NCBI GenBank assembly: GCA_030265395.1
Contig: JARFYF010000051.1
Span: forward strand, 20,985,966-21,049,965
Length of the DNA stretch: 64,000 nt
Source of the DNA: Rhina ancylostomus
Taxonomy: Eukaryota
Direction of reading: 5' to 3'
Part shown: positions 24,388 through 39,300 of the stretch, one piece after another
How positions within the stretch are numbered: position 1 is the first letter of the stretch
Layout: every line of letters starts with the position of its first letter
Program-made: the position numbers and the translations under genes
The notes under the pieces: model-generated
Seen by the model: the letters and a program-made list of their open reading frames with translations, nothing else
The model's database searches: none
What the model was told of the DNA's origin: nothing

Positions 24388-26789
24388 CTATAAAAGAAAG
24401 ACAGGTATATGGATATTAGTTAAATACTATAGCTTTTCTGGATTCTTTGTAATGAAATAAAATATGAACTAGGGCAATTTAACAAAATACAAGAAGCTCT
24501 GGTTTCCACCTCTTCATTATCAGGGATATTGCAACAATTTCCATCTGCTGGCCCAACCTGAAGCTTTGGATAAGGTAAAGTTTTCTTCAGACCAATGTTA
24601 GCAAAACTGATTCTCAGATTCTACTGCTCAGTTCCGACTCTCATCATCCTCCCTATTTACCTTTTTGGGCTGCATCTGAATACACAGCCTTGGCAACCTT
24701 TCAGAGCTGTTTTGCCACCCATCTCCATCGACTTCAAACTCAGCAGTCCAATCTTAGTTCAACCCAACTCAGTAATCGACTTTCAAACCTTCCTGGTTGA
24801 CAAAACTGCCCAATGCAAAACAGCAACTTACATTCACTACAGCTCTGTGCACCCACTATTTTCTCCCCTGAAGAGTTCATTGGCTCATTATACACAGGTG
24901 CAATGATTTCAAGATTTTCAGCAACTTCTTCAAATCCTTCACTGATTTATTCCATAACACCTGAGTGATCATGCCCAGCCATTCATTACTCCAGTGTTCT
25001 GACATAACAATACTGCTTTTCAGAGCATCTTTCACTCCATCAACTGAATATTCAATCAGTAAAGTCTTCTATAATGATTTCTGCCAGCAAACCATTTTAC
25101 TTTGACCTTGAAAAGCTCCTGAAAGCATTTTCCTAAGAAATTCCACAAAATTTCTTCGGGTCTCTTGCTATTAGTTCTGTGGAAGATTGGCATTTGTACA
25201 GTTTCCATGGAGTTCCTGTCAGTTTCTCATTCTCTGGAGTTACAACAGAGGTCCCTCTCTGCAACTCATCCCTACTAACTGCTGTGTTTCTCCACTTTTT
25301 GTGTATTCCTACTAACTCATTCTTCATTTCCACTATTATCATGATTGTGACATGAAAATTCCATCTTGTTTGAAAACATTCCTGAGAATACTGTTGACCA
25401 GAGACTAATTAATGCTTCTTGAACACAGGGCTTCCCAGGTCATGGAAGACCTGGCTGAAAGAAATCCAATACACAGAATCTCCCATTAAATTTTTAAATC
25501 ATTTTTCAAGACAGGAAACTTAGTTACAGAAATGCAAACAATTTCAGGAGTTATGAAATAGGGTTAGCAACTAGTTAATTAAAAGACAACTAGTCTTAAA
25601 AAAAACTGCTTGCATGTAAGCTTCCCACAGTAATTCAAGAGTTACATTGTCTTTAAGAACGCAGATGCCAGTTCACAGAAGGAACCCACTTTAAAAATTT
25701 GCTTTGAAAAATGACAAGGAAAATCACTTCTATTGAAACTTGTAAAATACTTTATCATACAATGTGACATCCGTGATACTTCAAGGCCATCAGATCTAGC
25801 CACTAGATGTGGAACGTTCTGACTATGTACCATTGTATCTACACTGGGGAAGACAATAAATAAATGTTCATGTCAATCAATCCTCACTGAAATTGTTCAT
25901 TTCTGAGATATGAAAAATTGGTTTACAGATGGTTCTCAGGAACCTTTACATAACCCAGAGACTGCATGTATTGGTTTTAATTTCTAGGAATCACAATGTT
26001 CAAAAAAATACATCTTGATATTTCTGCAACTATTATCTCTAAACATATAAACTTGTCTCAAATACAAATATATTATGAAACAGAATGTTGTACTTTGGAT
26101 ATCAGGCTTTGAATCCCTGTAGTATTTTGATAACAATTTATAAACCAAAATTCAGTCTTAAACATTTGGAACAGTTCTTACCATTATTCTCAAAGGGTAA
26201 CCTATTTTTATTAAACTGAACATATTCTATATCTTCCCAGTTCATGTTTGAATTTGTAAGTATGTGTTTAAATTTGAATCTCACGTCCCAGGAGTCTAAA
26301 GATCACAGTGCAAAGCTTAATAATACAATCAGCAACATCAACTTTACCAAGATTTCAGAGCACCTTTGTGGTTATTGTGGAGAAGCTCAATGAATGGCCC
26401 TGTTGACCTTCAAGTTCAGGGGCAGACTTGTCCCTATGGACAGAGCGCAGAAAGTGATAAGATATTTGATTAGTGCACCATGATGCTTAACACACTGTTG
26501 GTGCACACTCTCTTCTATTCTCACCAACTCGGCCAACTATTCTAGCATGTGACAAAGTATGTTATGCTGAGACTTGAGGTTTGACAAAAGTTGCAGCAAT
26601 GCTTTTTCACGCTCTGGAATAATTGATTGCTTTTCTTTTAGGCTTACATCTAATTTTCAAGCAATACTGTGGCTGATCACCAACAGATGACAAAAGCAGG
26701 TATATTGTATCCTAAGTTCCTCCTAACTCTTGGATTCTGGTCATTAACTTTATTGTCCATAAATAGAAGGGACAATTAATCCTGCAAGA

Positions 26790-27367
26790 ATTGGCGTACA
26801 AGACGTTGATGAGGCTGCACTTCGAGTATTGTGTTTAGTTTTGGTCACCCTGCATTAGAAAAGATGCCATTAAGCTAGAAAGAGTGCAGAAAAGATTTAC
26901 AAAGATGTTGCTAGAACTCGATGGATTGAGTTATTGGGAGAGGTTCGACAGGCTAGGACTTTATTCCTTGGAGTGTAAGAGACTGAGAGGTGATCTTATA
27001 GAAGTGTATAAAATCATGAGGGGCATAGATAGGATGCAAATTGACTATATCCCAGGGTTGGGGAATCAAGAACTACAGGGCATAGGTTTAAGGTGAGAGG
27101 GGAAGTATGTTACAGGAACCTAAGGGGCAAGGTTTTCCATACAGAGGGTGGCATGTATATGGAACGAGCTTTCAGAGGAAGTGGTTGAGGCAGGTACAAT
27201 TACAAAATGTAAAAGCCATTTGGACAAGAACATGGAAAGGAAAGGTTTAGAAAGATATGGGTCAAACACGGGCAAATGGGAATCGCTTAGATGGGTTTCA
27301 TGATCAGCATGGATGAGTTGGGCCGAAGGGCCTGTTTCCTTGCTCTATTACTCTATGACTCTATGAC
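26790..27367 (+). mobile_element. CR1 LINE 3' end with (CTCTATGA)n tail
   Basis: RLHFEYCV*FWSP; ORF 26884..27096 (QKRFTKML...RLRGDLIEVYKIMRGID); tail ctctattactctatgactctatga. Confidence 0.92.
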
Positions 27368-27739
27368 CTGGCAAGTTATACATGTTCCATTTGACATGCT
27401 GCAATCTAACCGCTTCAGTCTGTTATATTATCAGGATTTGCTGAACCATCTGTGTCACTTTTCTAGAAACTGCAAATGTTATTTTCTGTATTTTCAGGAT
27501 ATGAATTCAGTTCAGTTTCATAAAAATAGGTTAGCCTTTGAGGATAATGAGAACTTATTCCAAATATCTTGCAACAATAGAAGAAACTACATGCAGTACA
27601 TGATCTCTGAATCTTGTAACGCTGACTTCAAGAGCAGCAAACTGCCAAGGACTAATTCTAGCCCACTCTAATTTAAACACTTCTTGTGAAATATTCCTCT
27701 TTAAAGGAATGCCCAGAATAACGTGATCTATAATCTTGT

Positions 27740-28355
27740 GGTTAACTTGTGCTGAAGGTTTGCTCTTTCTTTCAAACACCATCCATTCAGCTGTTTCTGC
27801 CACCTCCCTCCTTTCCTACAATCAAACTTCTTCTCAGGTACTCCTTCATCCACAACCCCTGCTCCCATATAACCTGACCTCTGAATTATCATCATTCTCC
27901 AGTTTGTCCCCTCCTGCCTTCTCCAAAGTCACTTTGTCCATGAGATCTACATTCTGCTCCCATTAAGAAGCCAACCATCCTACTTCCTTTCTTGGCTCTC
28001 CTAATGACTGATATTGTTAAAATCTCCTTCTCCTTGCTTCTGTTTCTCTTGCCCATTAAATATTCAACCATCATCATTCTCCTTAACATACCACTGCATG
28101 ACCCTCTGGTCATTGCCATCTATTGTCCCTTCTCCAAACTCCCTTCCCCCTTCAAAATTCATGAATGTACTGTCACTCCCAAATCTAGTGTTCTCTTTCT
28201 CAGAACCCAGGTCTTAATTGCACCAACCTGCTTATTATTCCCCTGCCCGATTATTAAAATTGCCCTTATTAAAGTCACAACTGACACCCCGTGGCCGTGC
28301 CTCTGGTAAACAGCCTTTCCTTGTTCTTTTGAATTAATCTGTGACCTTTGACTGC
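27740..28355 (+). mobile_element. Degenerate L2-clade LINE fragment
   Basis: Pyrimidine-rich; KIALIKVTTD and downstream LVLLN*SVTFD resemble the L2 RT motif ETAL.KVTND...LLDLS.AFD. An L2-like 3' remnant lies near 29050-29270. Confidence 0.5.
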
Positions 28356-28599
28356 ACGCAGTCAGAGCGCACTGAAAGAGGTCACTTGGTACATTGATTT
28401 TTTGCCATAAGTTTGGTATCATTGGCAAATTTTGAAGTTTTATTCTGAATTCCAATATCCAAGCAATTTTATATATGTAAGCAAAACCACAACCTTACCA
28501 CTGAATCTTGGGGAATGCCACTAAATTTAGTACAGTTTGTTGCTTTCTGTTCTTAAGCTAGTTGTTTTTCAACCAAGCCTACAATGGACACTAACACTC

Positions 28600-28995
28600 C
28601 AATTCCACAAGCGTCCATTTTGTTAACCTCCATTATGTTGTACTTTGTTAAATGGTTTCCTAAAATCCATTTAGAAAACTTCCACTGCCTTTCTTTCAAG
28701 CTTCTCTGTCAAAAGGCTCAGTTAGGTTAGCCAAACACGGTCTGCCTTTTACAACTCTGTGCTCCCTCTCCTCAAATAACTCAAATGCTTTTTAACTTCT
28801 AGGATTATTGTTCCTAGAACTTTATTATCAAAGTTAGGCAGACTGTCCTGTAATTGCATGGAATACCTATAAACCTTTTCTTGAACAAGGATGTCATATT
28901 TGTCACTTTTCAATGCTTTGGCAATTTCCCCTGTATCTAGGAAAAAATAGAAGATAATAGAAAGCTCTTCCATTATCTCCACCTTCACTCCCCTT
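28600..28995 (-). mobile_element. Degenerate CR1 RT fragment
   Basis: ORF 28749..28988 (EIMEELSIIF..FLDTGEI) parallels the CR1 ORF2 pre-RT segment; colinear with 4850-5180. Confidence 0.55.
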
Positions 28996-31900
28996 TACAA
29001 TATGATCTTCTAGCTAGCCTTTCTCCTTCTATCCTCTGTAAACTTGTTCACTGACTTTCACTTGATCAGGGTTAAGCAATGCTTTGATTTAACACTTCTA
29101 ACCATTTTCAAACCCACCCAAGGCCTCTCCATTTGCTAATTCTATCATTTCTAGCCCTACAACCTTCCACTCATTAAAACGTTTCTGCCTCCACCTCTCT
29201 TTTCTCCTTAAAATCCACCTCTATGAAAAAGTTGATCTAATATCACCGCATGTGGCTTGGCATCAAATCAGAGGAGGTTTTTTGAGATTCTGTAGATTTT
29301 ACTAGCTTTTACTTGGTTATTGTTGTTATCTATTTTAAGATTCAATAATAAACCATGTACAATTCATGACTTTTTTTTACTCTCCCTTGCAAGTAACCTT
29401 GAAGGGGTTACAAGTTTGATGGCTTTTTGCTGACATAAATGGTAAACTGAGTGACGGCTGAACTGACTGAAGCATGTTGGGTTGAAGTTTTTCCTTAAAA
29501 AGTTCCTATTTTGATTCAGTATCTGAACTTAGACTGTAGTTATATTTAAATCATAAATGAAGAATTGATGCCAATTGGAATACTCCACACTGACACTACA
29601 ATTATACAGTGACAGGACTTTTGTCTATTTGCTCGTATTCTCAGAAGATCTATCTGAGACTGGTCCTATCCATGCAAGGAAGATGAATTCATATATATGC
29701 ATTTATTAATTTTAACAACTTAAGCAATACTGCTGTTGCAATGATACATGGTAATTCCAGTCCTTCTCATTCACAGGGTCTTCAAGTTAATGACTCTCAC
29801 TGATCACATCAGCATTCATTCACTCAAAAATATTCAAACAAGTGAACAGAAGTATTTAAAACTAAGATCTTCAAACAGGTACTTGGTCTTGAAAAGAAAC
29901 TCTAGGGGGAAAAGGAGCAAGGAGAAACATCTAATTAATATTTTCAGAGGCCATTTTAAATCCAGCTGCAGTGTATTCTCGGCAAGCAAGGGTGATACAT
30001 TTACAATTCTCTTTCACAGACCTGACAGGATACATAAATCTCCAGTAAGATGTAATGTGGTCTTGTGGAAGCTATTCAGAATAATGGTCCTGCCTTCCCC
30101 TATACGTGTTGTTCAGCTGTTAGCAAACAGTACCAGTCTTTATGGAATAAATTTTCGACACAACACCAATGAATTGTGAAAACAAGTAGTTAGAGTGGAT
30201 AATTGTGAGAAATAGATCAGACTTGTTTCCATTTCCTGAAATGTTTCACGCAGCCAACTTGAATCTAAAGCTATGGATTTATAAATTTGACTCTTTTAAC
30301 ACTCACAGAAGTTTAACATCAAATAAATTGAAAGTGCACAGAAAAAGTATGGGTTGGACTTTAGGATTTCATCAAGTTTCTTTGGCTTTCAAAGTTCTTT
30401 ACAAAGTGCTGAAGAACCTCAGTTTCAATGCTGTTGCTCTCAATGTTGAGCTGTCAGCCCCCTCAACACGTTTGGCACACAGGTTTCATTCTCTCAGTTC
30501 CCAGTTAGGCTTTGGATTTGCTGGCTGACCAGATCAAAAGAAACATCCTCAGAAGAAAAGAACACACCATTTGCTGTTTGTTCTTCAGCATCAGGCTACT
30601 GGGTCAGGAAACAAAGAATTGCTCTTGGCCCTCAAGATCCCCTTTGTCCAGCGGAAGGAAAACACTTGAGAGGGGCAAATGCCATAAAAATGAGAGGCAA
30701 GAAATAGATGCTTGCAATATTGAGAGCTTCTGTGTAAAAATTGAGGGTCCTGAACATTTTGCATAAAACCCTTTAGTCCTGAGCTTCACATGGGGTGGGA
30801 GTCAAGCAGGCAATGGCCAAAATGATCACTCCACACAGAGTCAGGAGTGAAGCCAAGGGTTTTAACTTCAGGGCTTCATACTTTTTGTCTGAGTAAATTT
30901 GAAACTGGTAGATGACGACCACTCAATCTTGGGCTGGAACACAAGGCTGGGTGCAGGAGATCGTCACTGGGCAGTGAAGAGGCAGCACCTAGCACCTGAT
31001 TAAGCTGGAGGAAGAATGTTTCAGGAGGACCTGGCAAGGCTAAGTGCAAGTCAAGGGAAGAAAAGAGTATTCTACTTATCTGATCACAGTGGGAAGTTTG
31101 CATTCTCTTTGTATATTTTGGGCTACAGGCAATGTACAAAGTTTTTAGACAGAAGGATGTGAAGAAACGTGGTCAGTGATCCATTAATATGTCTCTCCTC
31201 CAACGTTTTATTATTAAAGTGAAAAACAAGTCCACCCACAAAACTTGATTGTTTTCAGTGATCTGCAACATTTCCAACCATCATACCAGTGGTCTCTTAA
31301 AACAGAAATTCATCTTCTTGAAGTGTTGGTACGGTAAACTCTCTGATGGTTGGATGAATTGCATGTCTCATCTGATTTGGCACAAATAAAGGCTTAGCCT
31401 GGGAGAACATCCAACCAGAAACATTAGTTACCATTTGAGATGGGAGTTCTGGGATCTTTAGGCTTGTGTTTCACAAAGCAATCCTTTGTTTACTTATACT
31501 GTATGTCTGCAATGATTTTCCTACTAATTTGTTTTTAGTAGCAAGTCAGGAGCCAGTCTTCTTCCAATGAAGAGTAAATGGTTGTATGGAGATGTTACAC
31601 CTGGTTTTCATTTCAGCCATCATTATATTTACGCTAAAACCCTAAATTGATGGCTTGGTGACTGTGACAGGTGGCTGCAGGTTTAGGAATGACCTGTCAT
31701 CAGGCTGAAGTGGATCATCTATTTTAAATAAGCCCAAAACCCTGGAATTAGATTAAGCTGCAGGCTTAAAAGAAGATAATACCCAGGGTAGATATAATTA
31801 CTAATATAATCTAAATATGCTACTCTTGGTTAGCAGACCTTGTATAATCACAGGAACCTATCTAAACACAATGAATTTTTCCACCTCTTATTATTTTTTT

Positions 31901-32169
31901 TTCTGATCAATAAGACATATCAATGATTAAAGATTTTGTTTGTGTGGTATTATTTAAATACTTCTTCCTTCTAAAGTGTTGGTAAAATTAAATTTACTTA
32001 TCCCACCCTTGTACTTTTGCCAGGATGTCTCGGTAAACTAATCACTAACAGGCTCTGAAGAATAGCATTGAGTTGATTTATCCTTCTCTGTCCTTATTTG
32101 GGCTGTCATGATCACATCAGTGGCTAAGTGCTAGAACATGGGCAGTTTTGAGGGAATACAAATTGGTAT

Positions 32170-32375
32170 GTGCTTTTACTCTGACCAATATTCCTTCCTC
32201 ATTTAGCATTGGCGGAGTAGACTGTGCAACCATTGACATTTGCAGTTTGTAGGAACTTGTGTGTAAATTGGCTGCACTGTTCCCAATTTTCCAATAGTGA
32301 CTACGCTTCCAAAGAAATTCATTGCAGTGGATGACATGAGGTGGTGAATGGAACTATATACATGTATTTCTTTTC
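32170..32375 (+). mobile_element. Deu-type SINE 3' half
   Basis: gtttgtaggaacttgtgtgtaaattggctgc...tagtgactacgcttccaaag matches the reverse complement of 48110-48170. Confidence 0.5.
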
Positions 32376-33099
32376 CTTTAATTTTGATGTGCTGGATATC
32401 CTTCAGTTACACAGTTTGATCTGTTCACCTCACATATGACAAGTCCATTTTCATTCCATTTTCTCCCAAGTATTGTATACCTGTACAGCTATTCTCAGAG
32501 GAAATCATCTGTAAAATAAGGGAGCCATCTAAAGCTGCTGGCTAGCATGGTTGACCAATAAGATATCAAACGGTGGGTACATTACACATTTTTAAATAAA
32601 TGAAGTTTGATACAGTTGTGGGGCCATGCAAATGACACTTGCAGTGAAAAGAGGAAAAATATATGTTGAAAAAAAAATGGGCTGAAGGTTGGGTGGAGTT
32701 GTTGAATTTTTGCCCCATGGAGATTTCAGACGAAAGGCTGCATTTTTTTAATGAATTGTGTTGAATGATGACTCCAGCGCTGTTATACACTGAACAGCTG
32801 CCTCAGTCACATCAGCCAAGAGTTTATGATTTCTTCAGTCTTGGCCAAACGGAGAACAGCCAGTGATTGCACAAACAGCTTTCAGACTTGAATATTTTAA
32901 TGAGAAACACACTTTTAGTTAGAAATTCCTCTGAAACATTTATTATTTTTCAAAGGAAAACACCTAATTTCACATTTTGAAAACCTGCCAAGTGCAATGA
33001 ATCACTGCCACTTCATCAGAGTATGTGTGCACAAAGCTGTTTTTGAAAAGGTGGGGTTGAGTTTATTCATTCTGTTGATAATTCACAACATATCTTATA

Positions 33100-33370
33100 C
33101 TTACACCGACACAGAAGAAGGCCATTCTGACTATCAGCTCCATACTGGTTTGTAGGGGAGCCATCCCATTCCTCCTCTCCTTACTTCCCTATGACCCTTC
33201 AATTTATTGTCTCTCACACATGTCCATCAACTCCCTTTTACTTGCTTTTGCCATTAACCTACATTATGGGGTTATATACAGCAGCCAATTAACCTACCAG
33301 TCTGTCTTTGGGTTATGGGAGGAAACTGGAGCACCTGGAGGAAACCCAAGCAGTCACAGGGAGAACTACT
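33100..33370 (-). mobile_element. V-SINE with CR1-like 3' tail, 5'-truncated
   Basis: tgggaggaaactggagcacctggaggaaaccca...cacagggagaac is the reverse complement of the V domain at 42864-42929. Confidence 0.8.
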
Positions 33371-36300
33371 GTGCCATCATGCTGTCCTTTATAGTCACAA
33401 AACATTAAAGAAAGAACATTTGTAATTTGCATTGTGATTTCTTTCATGATCAGTTGCAGATCATTTCATTATCAGTCCACAAAAAAGTGATGGTTTATTA
33501 CCCTTTATCAGTGGAGATGATACAATCACTGAACTTTCATTCCCACTTGTAGCCAGTATTAGCACAAAAAATATCATATCAAGATGGTTTTATGTTTATA
33601 ATCTCAAACTTCACCAAATATGTTACCTGAGCCCCTCAATTAGATTACTTTTTTAGTCCATAACATGCAAACTTTGCTAGTCAATCCCATTAATGTAGCA
33701 AGATGACAAGCAAGACTCACTTGTAATTATGTAAACATATAACATAGAACAGTAGAACACAGAATAGGCCCCTCAGCAGACCTATATAAACCTACTTCAT
33801 GATCAATCTAACCCTTCCCTCCATTTTTCTTCCATCCATGTGCCTATCTAAGAGTTTCTTAAATATCCCAATTGTGTCAGCCTCTACCACCACCCCCGGC
33901 AGTGTGTTCTGTGTGAATCTGCTGCACCTACTAAGGTTTCACATGATTTATCTGATAAACTCATATAAACACCATTTTCATCAGATTAGTTAAAATTGGT
34001 CACTTTTTGCAAAGTTACACTCACCTTGTTATTCCAACTTTTATTAAACACTAGATTTATTTTTAAATGATTTACAAATAGGATTGGTCTGAGAAGTGGC
34101 ATATACTCAATGGATTAAATGACTTCCTTCTGTGCGATTAACAATTATGAACATACACCTACACTAAATTCTGATTTCTGATACAAAGAAAAGTGCATAA
34201 ACTCACTCGGATCCACTGGATAAAATATAAATTGGTTCCAGGTTGACACTGTTCCTTTAAGAGTTACAACCAAACATATTTCAGGCTCATTTGTAGGTTA
34301 GGCAATTTTTCATAAAGTTAGTGGAGTTCTGTGAATCACTTCTCTTACACTAATTGTAATTACAGACATGTACCAAGGATAACTTTGAAAACACTATAAC
34401 ATTTTGGAATAAGGTTTACAATGTTCATTCTGTAAAAAGAGGACATAAAAAGCTTTTAAAAGGGAAAAAAAAGACCTCCAGAGATCAAAAGAAAAACAAC
34501 ACAAAAGCTGTTAATCATAAATAAAATCTGGAAGCAACAGGAACATAAAAAATTAACAATATTCTTTATAAGATAGATATGGTTCTGTTGTGAGAGAGAA
34601 CTTTAGCAGAATTGCACTTCAGAAAGGGCCAGNNNNAAAGTGTTAACTTATCTTTCCATTTCAGATGCTGATGGAATTGCTGTCCAGATCTGATATTCCC
34701 TGTTTGAATTTACAGAACTGTTCATTCCAATTGTACAAATAGTAATGCTTTCCAGATATTTTTCCAATTAGAGAAATCTAATTTTGCATGCCACATCTAT
34801 GCTAATACAGCAACTTCATTGGATGTGCAGAAGAGGAGAGAGTAACTTTAAAGTTAATTTCTGGCAAACTTCAAACTTCAAAGTAACTGACCTGTCACCT
34901 GAAAGCAAATGTCAAACAAACCTTAATTCTGTAGTATATTATACAATGTGAGATCAAGCTCTCAACTTAATTGAGAGAACACAAATTGACAAATAGAAAT
35001 TGACATAAAATTGACATCAAATAAAACATTCAGGAATAGCTTCAATGTTTTTCAGTGCATTTAGTGAGTTCTTTGCATTTTCTGTTCCTCTGCACATTGG
35101 CTGCTGTGCATTGATTTTGCCTTAGGGCACCAGGTTGGATGTTCAACCACAGAGTTATGATCATGTTGACCAAATGGTATCTGAGGCCATCTCATGTTCC
35201 CCACACCCACAGGAAGTCTGCGCGATGTTTCAGGAGATGTTGTTAGCAATATCAGTGGGCTATGTGGCTATGGATGTTTGGCAGAAGATGAATTGAATTA
35301 GCAGGCTGTTCAATGAACCAATACATTCAGCCAAGTGTTCCTAGCCAATTTTGATAGTTGAATGCATATGTTTAAGGGAGCAAGGAAACTCTGAATAACA
35401 GCACATAATTCTCTTCTAATGACACAGGGTGGGAGTTCCCTGGTCCTGTAATCTGAAAATAACACTGGAATGACTGTTTTGTTGCAAGATTAAATACTGC
35501 TCCTTTCAGACAACTTCTCTCCTTTCCCTTTCCTGGCCTAACCACATGATTCATCACTTGCAGCTGAGAGGCCAGACCAGTGATTTGTCACTTTGAATCC
35601 AGCCACCTTGAGATGCAGTCGAGCGATCTGGGTTAGGCCTTCCTCCAACTCTTTGTCTGCAACCTCCTAGCTTTAGATTTTGCTGAAACTTCTTGCTCTT
35701 TTCTGTCTCTGTGATTTTCACCAGCTGCTAAAGCAAATCTTTTGGGCTCGCCAACGTCTTTGTGCTGTTTAATCCATCTGCTTTTGCAAATTTCAAGGCA
35801 TCTCTGCGCTATCAGTTTCTGGGTGGATAGTAGTCAAGTGAGAGACCTGTGACCAACAAGACCAGTACTATCCACTCCACTTCTGCATCATGCCACGTGC
35901 TCTCAATGACTTCACCGGAGAGTAACCATGATGCACTGGCTCCAATAACAACCCTCAAAATCTGCAGAGATGGAACAGAGCTGTCTGTTCACATCTTTTG
36001 CATTTGGCCACGGGCATGGCAGGAGAGCTCCATGGGTGCGTGACACAGCAAATGAGAAAAATAATAAAAACAAATACAGGGGGTGAATTTCTACACGGGG
36101 AGCAGCATCACAACATCACTGAAGGTACGGGCTGGAAATTAGTTAAACCCCCAATAGATGCTATTTATCATGATCAAAGCTTACCTTAAACAGAATCAGT
36201 CACAATGACAAAGATGGAATGATTATACTTCAGGGATATTACAGCACAACGAACAAGAACGGTTCTGCTATCTGAATCTTGAAATCAGGTGCCATTACTT

Positions 36301-39300
36301 TCCAAGTGTATCGAAAGCAAAATGAAATTGTTCCTCTCTGGAAATTAATCATAAGTTCCGGACAAAGAAAAGGCAACTTCAGCTAATAAAGCTGATTGTC
36401 GATAAGAGGTCTGCTCCTTTGCATAACTAAATAAAGCTCTCTAAGCACTTTCTCACAATAATTTCTTTTGAAATATCACCAATGTACAACAAATTAGAAG
36501 AGGGCTAAATGTTCCCATATTTATGGAAATGGTAGGAATTTATTTGCAACTGTGTATGATATATATTTTCACATTGTAAATTGAAAAAACTATCAGAGAC
36601 ATTTTATAAGCTACAGTAACAACCCTCTCAGAGTTAGTAGTGATATCAAAATTTCAACCAAAACAACTTTAAAATGACATAAACAGCAAATGTATTAAAT
36701 TGGCCCATCTGCATACTTTGCCAGAACACCTAATGTATGCATTCCCACGCAAGCCGTAAGACTGGATGAAAATAAAAGCCATGGTCAGAGATCAAAAGAG
36801 TGAGTGGTGGATCCTCACTGTTAGTGATGTCAGTTAGCTGTCCCTGCCCCGAGAAGGAGCCATAGGGTGGGAAGATAATGCTGTGCCCACAACAAGGTCA
36901 ATAGCCGGGTAACACAGAAACTAGATTGGCTAAAGGCCATTTCAAATCCCTTAATGGTCTCATTTAGGAGAGAGAGTGATGATATTGGCAGTGCTGCTAA
37001 TCTAGTGATACAAATCACTGCCATTGGATCCTGTAAAAGGCTCAAATTACCATCCTTGCAATACTTTGACATTTAGAAACTGCAAAGCTCAGAACACCAC
37101 CATTGAAGAAACAGGACAATCCATTATGAAATAGTTCAATAACACACTATTTTTGCATGTTAGCAGTTGAACACTAAATCCATTATGAAATTCTAATGGG
37201 AGTTAGAATTGTACACTGTGTGGAATGTTAGATTCTCACATAGATCTTGGTGCACAAATGTGCATTTGCTCTCTCATCCAGCAATATGCTGCCAGAAGCT
37301 ATCAGGCCAGTATGTAAACAGCAGGTCTCTCTTAGGGTCATGTCACTGGCTAAAGTCAATATTCAGCTGTTGCCTAGCAGCTGCAAAGGAAAAGACACAA
37401 TGGATACTCCATCTGTCACAGGTGTCACCCAGAATGATAACCATCTGCTCCTTTCCCTAGATGGCACCCTCATGCCATTTTGCTGCCTCATTGTGTAGCT
37501 GTTGGGGTATCTTTAAATTAGGTAATTAAAGATTGAAAATTAATAAATAAATAAATCATATTTCTTAGATTGTTTTCCTTAATGCCATGATATTTCAAAT
37601 TCCTTGCTAATGAAGGCTCCATTTCATTAAGAAAAATCAATTCAGAATTGCAATCAATTAAGGAAAAGCAGCAACTAACTAAAATAAGTTCAAAATTGTA
37701 GTCCTTGAGGTGCTTCTAATACATTCATGGGAAAATGAACCCTCTTGGCTTGAAAAAAAAGGAANNNNNNNNNNNNNNNNNNNNNNNNNNNNNNNNNNNN
37801 NNNNNNNNNNNNNNNNNNNNNNNNNNNNNNNNNNNNNNNNNNNNNNNNNNNNNNNNNNNNNNNNNNNNNNNNNNNNNNNNNNNNNNNNNNNNNNNNNNNN
37901 NNNNNNNNNNNNNNNNNNNNNNNNNNNNNNNNNNNNNNNNNNNNNNNNNNNNNNNNNNNNNNNNNNNNNNNNNNNNNNNNNNNNNNNNNNNNNNNNNNNN
38001 NNNNNNNNNNNNNNNAGTAAAACAGCAGCAATGGTAGGATTATCAGAGGCTGCACCCTAACTATGTGAACTACTCAGTCTGTAGTGAAAATTAAACGAAC
38101 ACATGGGTTTCCAAACAGAGCACTGAGAGCAGCAAAATGAACTTTCCTTCCATCACCACATCCTAGCAACAGTATAAGCACAGTGGAAAGATTCTCTTTG
38201 ATCAACCAGTCATTATTACAGACTGTTGAGCACTCGAGTCACTTAGAAAATAGGATATAACAATCAATGCACTGGGCTCCATTCATTCTTCTGAATTTTT
38301 TAATGTTTTTGATCAAAATTGAAGCTATGGTGATGAAGTTCAGTTTGGGCAGGGTTGCAAAACAAACTGCATTGCACCTGCTGAATTTGTCGTGTTCTGT
38401 TGATCTTCAGTTCCATTGATTTCAAAGGAGCTGATTACCGAGCAAGGTGTAGAGTTTGGTGGCAGATGAATCATCCCTGGTAGCATTCATTTAATGCGTG
38501 ATGAAGGAATAGGTGTGCACTTTACTCCAATCTAAGATTCATTTCCAATGGAACTTCTGTTGGTCTATATTTTGAAATGAATAATAACAATCACTACTAT
38601 GTTATGTGTTTTGTTTGTGACAAGGACAACTTTTAGCTCTGTGCTAAAATTTTTTATCTCGAAACAAGTAAATGAACACATATAGGTGAAATCTGTATAT
38701 GTCATTGCTTTAATGTCTCATAATATGCAATAGTTATGGTAAATATTAATTGAGAAAAACATATCACATTTTGTACTGTTAAACTAATCGCACATTAACT
38801 AAATCTTTCTGCTTGCTCTTTTAAGTCACAATGGTAATTTCATTAACCTAAGAAAATTTGTAATACGATTAATATAGGATTTCACCAAAGAAAACATTGA
38901 ATTGCTCAAGCCATCAGGTGGTCAAGAGCCAAAGCCTTCCACAGGGATAAGATAATTCCATAAAGTATCCGTCTTATCTGATTCTAAAATTAAATACAAA
39001 AACACTTTAAATCACAGTATAGTCATAATTGCAGACCAAAGTTATATTCACAGCTCTTCCAAGTGTTCTCCATCAGTGACAAGATAATGGTTGTGATATA
39101 AAACTGGTTTAAGAACTGGTAAAACATCATTGCTGCATTCAGTATCATCTCTGCCATTCTTGGCAAGATGATGCTTTTTGGATTTGCTGAGATTTCCTCA
39201 TCCCTAAACTTCCCCAAGTAAATCACTACTTTAAAAAATAGCTTTTCTCCTAAACCATTGTCAGTGATAATCATGCCTATGTCTTTGACTTTCAAGTCTG

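Noticed and set aside
28490-28525. Donor-like GTG|GTAAG considered as the end of exon 2
   Set aside because: No signal peptide or RVYL motif; the true exon is at 58676-58778.
29748-30179. 143-aa plus-strand ORF in intron 2
   Set aside because: No recognisable domain or supporting exon structure; consistent with chance.
37690-38060. Long ORFs containing X runs (also near 17485-17769, 42756-43243, 51439-51848 and 60743-61313)
   Set aside because: Artefacts of translating through N gaps.
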